This document shows positions 58,364-64,000 of a stretch of 64,000 nucleotides of DNA, in pieces; the stretch's first letter is position 1, and the number at the start of each line of letters is the position of its first letter. Made by a program: the position numbers and the translations under genes. Origin of the DNA: Escherichia phage phi G17; sequence record NC_070870.1. One strand, given 5' to 3'. The notes beneath the pieces are model-generated. The model had not been told where the DNA came from. It did no database searches and saw only the letters and a program-made list of their open reading frames with translations.

Positions 58364-58606
58364 TCACTGGTTCCTCTTTGCATAGTCTTCTGCTTCTTTA
58401 GCCCAGAGTTGCTTACGAACTTCTTTGGCTATGATGGAAGCAAACAGACACTTAACGAATACAACTGGTAACTTAACAATGAGGATAGTCTTAGTGACTA
58501 CCCACTTAACTAATTTCAGTGCAATGAATCTCACTCGGTAAGCCACATAGAAGATGAACAACCATGTAGCAACAGAGATTAAATAGCCTAATTCGTATAC
58601 AGACAT
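58364..58606 (-). CDS. small membrane protein
   Basis: 80 aa, hydrophobic N-terminal helices, basic C-terminus. Confidence 0.35.
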   Translation of the reverse strand: MSVYELGYLISVATWLFIFYVAYRVRFIALKLVKWVVTKTILIVKLPVVFVKCLFASIIAKEVRKQLWAKEAEDYAKRNQ

Positions 58607-58710
58607 AGTACATATCCTCTTCTAATATAAATCTATATCTAACTGGTTACTGTTTCAGTACCCTTCGTCTAAAGATACTCAAAAAGTAGAAATAGCTTAT
58701 CGCATAGTTA

Positions 58711-58739
58711 AAAATAAAAGGACTACCCGAAGGTAGTCC
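58711..58739 (-). terminator. rho-independent terminator (minus orientation)
   Basis: GGACTACC-TTCG-GGTAGTCC on minus strand followed by TTTTATTTTT. Confidence 0.7.
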
Positions 58740-58748
58740 AGTTGTTGA

Positions 58749-59132
58749 TTAGAAAGTCAGTTTACGAGCATATTTATTCTCGTCTGCTGGGATGTCAGCA
58801 GCCTCTGCTTTCACACGACGAAGTTGAACTTGCAGGTTAATGATACCTTCTTCACCTGGTTCCAGGTTCTGAGCATATTCGATTAACTGTTCCAGCAAAT
58901 CGTTCTGTGCACAACGCATAGCACGGAAGTCAGCATTGCTGCTGTTAGTAGGCAGTGCTTCCTGAGTATCCAGTGGAATACCAGTAGGCAGAGAGATGAA
59001 CTTCTCTTCTTCAGAGCCTTCGTTAGCAACATAACCAATGTTCAACCAGAACTGAGCCTTAGGCTTAGCAGCTTTAGTTTCAGTGGTAGCAGCAGCGTTA
59101 GATTGACCGAAAGTGAATTTTTGAATAGACAT
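58749..59132 (-). CDS. early protein, unknown function
   Basis: Start set to internal ATG ([11 protein letters not shown]) with SD GGAGAG 8 nt upstream; first ORF downstream of candidate hairpin promoter at 59243-59257. Confidence 0.45.
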   Translation of the reverse strand: MSIQKFTFGQSNAAATTETKAAKPKAQFWLNIGYVANEGSEEEKFISLPTGIPLDTQEALPTNSSNADFRAMRCAQNDLLEQLIEYAQNLEPGEEGIINLQVQLRRVKAEAADIPADENKYARKLTF

Positions 59133-59242
59133 TTTGTACTCTCCAGATAAATGATTGTTTGATTTATGGGTTTGTCTGTCGGTGACTAAACCCAAGAAAA
59201 GACTTAAGATTTCAATGATTAGTGGATTCACATGAATCCTTT

Positions 59243-59257
59243 AGACGCGGAGCGTCT
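59243..59257 (-). promoter_or_regulatory. candidate virion-RNAP hairpin promoter
   Basis: Plus (template) strand A-GACGC-GGA-GCGTC-T: 5-6 bp stem, 3-nt purine loop; shares GCGGAGC core with hairpin at 60013-60027. Confidence 0.45.
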
Positions 59258-59262
59258 GGTTT

Positions 59263-59556
59263 TTAAGACAAGCGTTTAAGCAACTCTGCTCTAGCAGATT
59301 CGTAGTCAGAACTATTCTGTCTTACTGCATCTTCGAAGCGAGCCAGTAGTTCTTCCTTATCAGGACCAACAAGTTCTTCCCATTGCCATACATAACCAGT
59401 TAATGGAACAAGTTCTCCTTTCTGGAAGTAAGGATATTGTCCAAGTAGAACAGTAGAATCTTTAGTGAGAACTATCGTTTCTCCACTAAGTTCTCCTTCA
59501 ATAATTGTTCCAACAGGAAGTTCAGAATTGCCTTTGATACAACGGAATTTAGTCAT
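59263..59556 (-). CDS. hypothetical early protein
   Basis: 97 aa ORF. Confidence 0.4.
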   Translation of the reverse strand: MTKFRCIKGNSELPVGTIIEGELSGETIVLTKDSTVLLGQYPYFQKGELVPLTGYVWQWEELVGPDKEELLARFEDAVRQNSSDYESARAELLKRLS

Positions 59557-59610
59557 GATTTTCTATCCTTAAAGTAGATAAATATCTACTTAGACTATCT
59601 ATCTAATCTT

Positions 59611-59638
59611 TATAAAAGGAGACTCCGAAGAGCCTCCT
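59611..59638 (-). terminator. rho-independent terminator (minus orientation)
   Basis: AGGAGGCTC-TTCG-GAGTCTCCT on minus strand followed by TTTTATA. Confidence 0.6.
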
Positions 59639-59646
59639 ATATTGAT

Positions 59647-59970
59647 TTAGTCTTTAGTCAGGATGTCGATTACTTTTGAATATTCTGCGTTATAGATACG
59701 AGCGTTCTCAGAATCTTTGCAGAATTCTTCGATACTTTTCTTACGCAGAGTTTCGTTCATAGCTGTTTCTTCAGCTAATTTGTTTACGAATGTATGCATT
59801 TCTAATTTAGTACGGATGGCTTGTTTCTCAGCCATAGTAGATACATATGAGTTAAGCATACCAACTGCTTTAGTAGCTGTGCCGAATGTATCAGCAACAG
59901 TAGTAGCAGCAGAGTTAACAGTACCAAGTAAAGTTCCTGCGGTCATACGTACAGTAGCGGTAGTAGTCAT
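59647..59970 (-). CDS. hypothetical early protein
   Basis: 107 aa ORF; first ORF downstream of candidate hairpin promoter at 60013-60027. Confidence 0.4.
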   Translation of the reverse strand: MTTTATVRMTAGTLLGTVNSAATTVADTFGTATKAVGMLNSYVSTMAEKQAIRTKLEMHTFVNKLAEETAMNETLRKKSIEEFCKDSENARIYNAEYSKVIDILTKD

Positions 59971-60012
59971 GATGATAGCTCCAAGGTTAGATGATAGGAC
60001 GACATGTCCATA

Positions 60013-60027
60013 ACATGCGGAGCATGT
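60013..60027 (-). promoter_or_regulatory. candidate virion-RNAP hairpin promoter
   Basis: Plus (template) strand A-CATGC-GGA-GCATG-T: 5-6 bp stem, GGA loop; same GCGGAGC core as 59243-59257 with covarying outer stem. Confidence 0.45.
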
Positions 60028-60175
60028 GTAACGTGTAAGGTGGGGTAGGGCAGTGGCTACACGGTCAACATACCGGGGGGGATGGTTGAGTGTAAGGGTG
60101 TAGCCCCAGCCACACCACTACAGCTATACATAGCTATCAATATTTTGATATGCAAAAATATCATAGCTATCTCAC

Positions 60176-60463
60176 TTATAAGCAGTTAAATAGGAGGTGA
60201 GGGGTTTGGTAGCTATCTGTATTCACATGCCACGGGGAGGACATGCTTCCCTCCCACGGGAGTACCTTTCCTGGTTCAAGTACCCTTACTATAAGTTTCT
60301 TACCTGCTATCAGTGCCAAGCCTTGTAACTCATGAAGGGTATCTTCATCGGGGACCAGAACCAGTGTGGCTTTAGCTAGCTTTAGATCTTGGAAGTCTAT
60401 CTGTCTTTTTACAGAGTCGGGTCTATACCCTTTAAGAGGAATACGCGTGATAATCATAGTCAT
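60176..60463 (-). CDS. hypothetical early protein
   Basis: 95 aa ORF. Confidence 0.35.
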   Translation of the reverse strand: MTMIITRIPLKGYRPDSVKRQIDFQDLKLAKATLVLVPDEDTLHELQGLALIAGKKLIVRVLEPGKVLPWEGSMSSPWHVNTDSYQTPHLLFNCL

Positions 60464-60822
60464 ACGCCGTAGTCTATCTTAACCAATCTGCCTTTGTAGT
60501 AGCCAAAGTTCTTGGGAAAGGCATCATATTCGTAGAACTCTCTGGATAACTCACAAGAGTGGTATAGGGATTCTAACTCACACCAGAATAACCCCTCATT
60601 GTTAACTTTACTGGCTCTAGCCATGACAACCAGTAGGCCAAATCTATTCGAGTAATGGATTGGACATAGATGCTTGTCTGGGTAATCTTTCCATTGACCC
60701 TCTGTAAGGTTGCTAAGCATACCCTGTACAAAGGTCTTCCATGTCTTGGGGATAGGGAACTTAATAGCATACTTACGTGTTAATAGTACCCATCTGGTTC
60801 CACCTGATTTAATCAGTCTCAT
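60460..60822 (-). CDS. hypothetical early protein
   Basis: 120 aa ORF. Confidence 0.4.
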   Translation of the reverse strand: MRLIKSGGTRWVLLTRKYAIKFPIPKTWKTFVQGMLSNLTEGQWKDYPDKHLCPIHYSNRFGLLVVMARASKVNNEGLFWCELESLYHSCELSREFYEYDAFPKNFGYYKGRLVKIDYGV

Positions 60823-61026
60823 GGTTTTAGTAACCTCAGTATAAGTTTAAACATTACCAGTTCTATAAGATGGTGCTTTGGTGATTATACGGATAGTTCT
60901 GAAGGAGTTACCTTCTCTTACCGTACCGGTCGGAAGTACACGGTAACTTTATTCCGGGACATTAAACCCCAGCGTGGGTTGAATATTTCCTGGGTAGATA
61001 CCCCTCCTTCAAACATCATGAATAGT

Positions 61027-61341
61027 TTAAGGTTCATACTTCAGTACCTGATTAAGAAGACTATCCATGTAATAGCAGTATGCCTCGGAGGATTCGTCAT
61101 TAATAGGAAGACCAATTAAGCCAAAGGTGTATATGCAGAAGTGATTGAGTTCATGAACCAAGGTGATAGGGTCATTATCTTTTGCATAGATGAGTACCGA
61201 ACCATTAGGGAGTAGTGAGGTTATACCTTTGCTTCCATCCTCTGGTTCAATGCCTTTAGCCTTCTTATATTTCTTAGAGAAGGTAGACCAGTCATGTACT
61301 ACTTCTAACTGTACTGGATAGGGGGATGTGTTTAGTTTCAT
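61027..61341 (-). CDS. hypothetical early protein
   Basis: 104 aa ORF. Confidence 0.4.
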   Translation of the reverse strand: MKLNTSPYPVQLEVVHDWSTFSKKYKKAKGIEPEDGSKGITSLLPNGSVLIYAKDNDPITLVHELNHFCIYTFGLIGLPINDESSEAYCYYMDSLLNQVLKYEP

Positions 61342-61661
61342 TAGATACTCTCGTCGCTAGATAAATATGAGGTAGAAGGATAAAGGGTAATCAGTCTACC
61401 GGTAAGGGTAGTAGCTACCATAGGTTCACAAGTAGATAGGATGTATACACCTTTATTCTTAGGTACTTCGACAGGGGTATCTATCTTAATAAAAGTAACT
61501 GGTATACCTAACATTAAGCATGTACCAAGGAATTCATCAGCTTCTTGACTAGGTTCATACAGGACTGTAGTAGTCTTAGCCTTACCGTTGTACCAATCCT
61601 GCTTTGTTATGCTGGATAGATAGCAACTATCACTGTAGTTAGCTAAACAATAGAAGTGCAT
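61341..61661 (-). CDS. hypothetical early protein
   Basis: 106 aa ORF abutting neighbours. Confidence 0.4.
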   Translation of the reverse strand: MHFYCLANYSDSCYLSSITKQDWYNGKAKTTTVLYEPSQEADEFLGTCLMLGIPVTFIKIDTPVEVPKNKGVYILSTCEPMVATTLTGRLITLYPSTSYLSSDESI

Positions 61662-61664
61662 AGC

Positions 61665-61979
61665 TTACTTCCTTACATAGTAGTAACGGTATTCGTCATT
61701 CTCATAACGACTATCCCATTGGTATTCATCAGATACCAGCATGTATGGGATAGGATCATTAGCACTGTGGTTTGTATAGACGGAAGGGGGAACAAGACAT
61801 ACAACCTTACGGTCATTACTTGCCAAGAAGAGTTGACCCCTTACTTCATGGTAATCCTCTAAGGTAGGAACCAGGATTACTTGATGTGGGTTACTGTTCA
61901 TGACCTCTTCTAAAGTGAAGTCAGTTGTGTACATAGACACCCTTTCAGCAAAACTGGGGATGGTCATTATAAATTTCAT
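61665..61979 (-). CDS. hypothetical early protein
   Basis: 104 aa ORF. Confidence 0.4.
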   Translation of the reverse strand: MKFIMTIPSFAERVSMYTTDFTLEEVMNSNPHQVILVPTLEDYHEVRGQLFLASNDRKVVCLVPPSVYTNHSANDPIPYMLVSDEYQWDSRYENDEYRYYYVRK

Positions 61980-62343
61980 GATTGGTTCTCCTTCCTTTAG
62001 GAAGAGGTCTGAAGTAAATGGAAAGTGTTTTATTAAAGACGTTATGGTCAGCTATCAATTCCCAACCGTCTATCTTATAGAAGCGTACACCGGGGAAGAA
62101 CTCATTGAATCCTATATAGCGGGTAAGGTCATACACCTTTGGTTCAGTAAGTATCTCAGTGTTAAGCTGAAGGTTGTATAAGAAAAGAGAACCAATAACC
62201 TCATGGGACTCTTCGCAGTCAGGTAAGAATACTGATTGCCATGGAGCAATGAACTTACTTACTGCTTCTGGTTCCCCAAGGTAATAGGGTTCCTGCTTAT
62301 GAAGTACTCCAGTAATATCAATATCAAAACAGTAGATGCTCAT
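61945..62343 (-). CDS. hypothetical early protein
   Basis: 132 aa ORF. Confidence 0.4.
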   Translation of the reverse strand: MSIYCFDIDITGVLHKQEPYYLGEPEAVSKFIAPWQSVFLPDCEESHEVIGSLFLYNLQLNTEILTEPKVYDLTRYIGFNEFFPGVRFYKIDGWELIADHNVFNKTLSIYFRPLPKGRRTNHEIYNDHPQFC

Positions 62344-62358
62344 AATTGCATACCTCCA

Positions 62359-62395
62359 GAAAAAGAAATGGGGTAGAGCCTCTCGACTCTACCCC
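62359..62395 (-). terminator. rho-independent terminator (minus orientation)
   Basis: GGGGTAGAG / CTCTACCCC 9-bp stem; on minus strand followed by ATTTCTTTTTCT. Confidence 0.6.
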
Positions 62396-62545
62396 TTACC
62401 GTTTTCAATCACGGGTCAGTTCATCCCCCTAGGTACTTATGTACCGTTAGACCAACTGGGTTGGCAAAGGAGCCGGGGAACCCTGACTGTAGAAGTTATT
62501 AACTCTTTACGAGTACCGCCACTGTCTACTAGGCGGTATGACTAA

Positions 62546-62863
62546 TCACATCGTCACCGTCATCCGAACGCTATCGTTGCTTCGTTTGATGGAGACACTA
62601 TGAGGTAATTTTGTGAAGAACACAAGAGATGAAACAGACTTTTCTAAAGAGTAAGTTTCTTGTGGTTCTAAGATGGTAACACCGGGACGATTCTCTAATA
62701 ACATCATTCCAGATAACTCATGGAAAGAATCCCAGTCATGGGTAACAACTATGTCACCCTTCATTAAGCCAGCCTTGGTGTGGCTTACTTCAAAGTATTT
62801 GTCTCCGGAGTCTTGGACTCTCATAAAGATTCTCAAGGGGTACTCCTTGGGGAATAAGGTCAT
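62546..62863 (-). CDS. hypothetical early protein
   Basis: 105 aa ORF, rightmost minus-strand gene. Confidence 0.4.
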   Translation of the reverse strand: MTLFPKEYPLRIFMRVQDSGDKYFEVSHTKAGLMKGDIVVTHDWDSFHELSGMMLLENRPGVTILEPQETYSLEKSVSSLVFFTKLPHSVSIKRSNDSVRMTVTM

Positions 62864-63006
62864 CGGAACATTACATACTATTTAGTATCATGAACTTTTT
62901 CTATATCATGACTAAAGTGTAACTGTGTGGTAGAGTTTCTTCAAGGGGTATCTCACCCCAAGAAAAGAATCTTCGTTAATAGACATAACTTTGTAGAGAG
63001 ATAAGT

Positions 63007-63696
63007 ATGAGTGAACTAACTAAGCAGCAGATTGTTAATGCCTTACCTGCTAACTTCAAGAACAGTGTGAGCCAAGAGTTGGTAGACACGATTAACAACG
63101 TAACCCAGGACCAATTGGTTGCTGAGGCATTTCGTGAAAACTTCATCTCTTACTCTGGTGTCATGAAGGAAGGCAAGTTTAAGACACAGGACTACATGAA
63201 TGCAGTTCAGTATGTAACTTACAAACACATGGGCTACTCGAATAAGGAAGCCTACTTCAAGACATTCCCCAACCGACAAGCAGAACTAGTAGCACGAGGA
63301 ACCAGTGAGAAAGATATTAGTGCTTACGTATCTGCTTATCACAGAGGTAAGTTAGTTAACCTAATCATGGAACAAAGTTTGGTTCCAGTGTGGATTGTGA
63401 ACCAAGACAATTATCAGAAGGCAATCAACGTACAGGTTGAACTAATGAATACGGCTGTTAGTGAGAAGGTTCGTTGCGATGCAGCTAACTCTATCCTTAC
63501 TCACTTAGCTAAACCAAAAGATCAGGTAACGAATATCAATCTGGACTTGAGAGAGAACTCCGGGTTGACTGACCTCAAGGCAACACTTGCTGCATTGGCT
63601 GAACAGCAAATTAGTGCAATCAATAGTGGTGTACCTACTAAAGAGATTGCTGGTTCTAAACTCGTACGTGCAGATGAGGACATTACAGATGTCTGA
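63007..63696 (+). CDS. hypothetical protein preceding terminase (possible small terminase subunit)
   Basis: 229 aa ORF whose stop overlaps the ATG of the next ORF (ATGTCTGA); position only. Confidence 0.3.
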   Translation: MSELTKQQIVNALPANFKNSVSQELVDTINNVTQDQLVAEAFRENFISYSGVMKEGKFKTQDYMNAVQYVTYKHMGYSNKEAYFKTFPNRQAELVARGTSEKDISAYVSAYHRGKLVNLIMEQSLVPVWIVNQDNYQKAINVQVELMNTAVSEKVRCDAANSILTHLAKPKDQVTNINLDLRENSGLTDLKATLAALAEQQISAINSGVPTKEIAGSKLVRADEDITDV

Positions 63697-64000
63697 GTTA
63701 ATTAAACAGGAACTAGATGAATGGCTAGACCAGGTGGATTACTCCCACCTTAATTCTTCTAACTATGTTCCTAGTCAGTTTGCTCTTACCTTTGCCAACT
63801 TCATTAAGTTGGTTAATGGCAAAGAGGGCGAATCAAACAAAACACCTCCAGTTCACCTGAAGATGTTGGATAAGATGATTAGCCCTAACCAGTATGTAGT
63901 TAACCTGTGTTTCCGTGGTGCAGGTAAGACTGCTGTATTCATGGAATACTTTACTCTGTTCCTGGCAGTGTTTGGTCACTTACCTAGTTTGGGTAAAGTA
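63689..64000 (+). CDS. probable terminase large subunit, N-terminal part (ORF runs off window end)
   Basis: Open frame from ATG 63689 to window end; FRGAGKT Walker-A-like motif; location at head of late strand. Confidence 0.4.
   Translation, partial: MSELIKQELDEWLDQVDYSHLNSSNYVPSQFALTFANFIKLVNGKEGESNKTPPVHLKMLDKMISPNQYVVNLCFRGAGKTAVFMEYFTLFLAVFGHLPSLGKV

Noticed and set aside
60460-60822. Possible kinase-like motif (VKIDYG) in a 120-aa early ORF
   Set aside because: Protein is far too short for a kinase fold and no other kinase subdomains are present
1-64000. Integrase, excisionase or repressor module indicating temperate lifestyle
   Set aside because: None recognised; gene content is consistent with a strictly lytic N4-like phage

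Overview
This window looks like most of the genome of an N4-like (Schitoviridae-type) lytic podophage. All calls rest on motif recognition in the supplied translations and on gene order and sizes recalled for phage N4; no database search was possible. Plus strand 1-25292 is the late module: a 5'-truncated tail fibre/spike gene, a lysis cassette (putative pinholin, SAR-type GH108 endolysin, Rz with embedded Rz1), portal, scaffold-like protein, major capsid protein, internal virion proteins and a 3456-aa virion-encapsidated RNA polymerase. Minus strand 25343-62863 holds the replication, middle and early modules: SSB, RecA-like ATPase, primase, Fe-S nuclease, family-A DNA polymerase, Dda-like helicase, rIIA/rIIB-like proteins, ThyX, dCTP deaminase, a MoxR/VWA pair, a two-subunit T7-like RNAP II and many small ORFs. 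The right edge (63007-64000, plus) begins the terminase region. Most worth a second look: (1) the DNA polymerase is split into two separately initiated ORFs by an HNH homing endonuclease gene; (2) a 1.3-kb ORF-free region (26221-27530) carries a canonical tRNA cloverleaf with an unusual AAU anticodon plus three long inverted repeats; (3) two early intergenic hairpins share the core GCGGAGC (5-6 bp stem, GGA loop) and fit the N4 virion-RNAP hairpin-promoter architecture. No integrase, CRISPR array or rRNA was seen.
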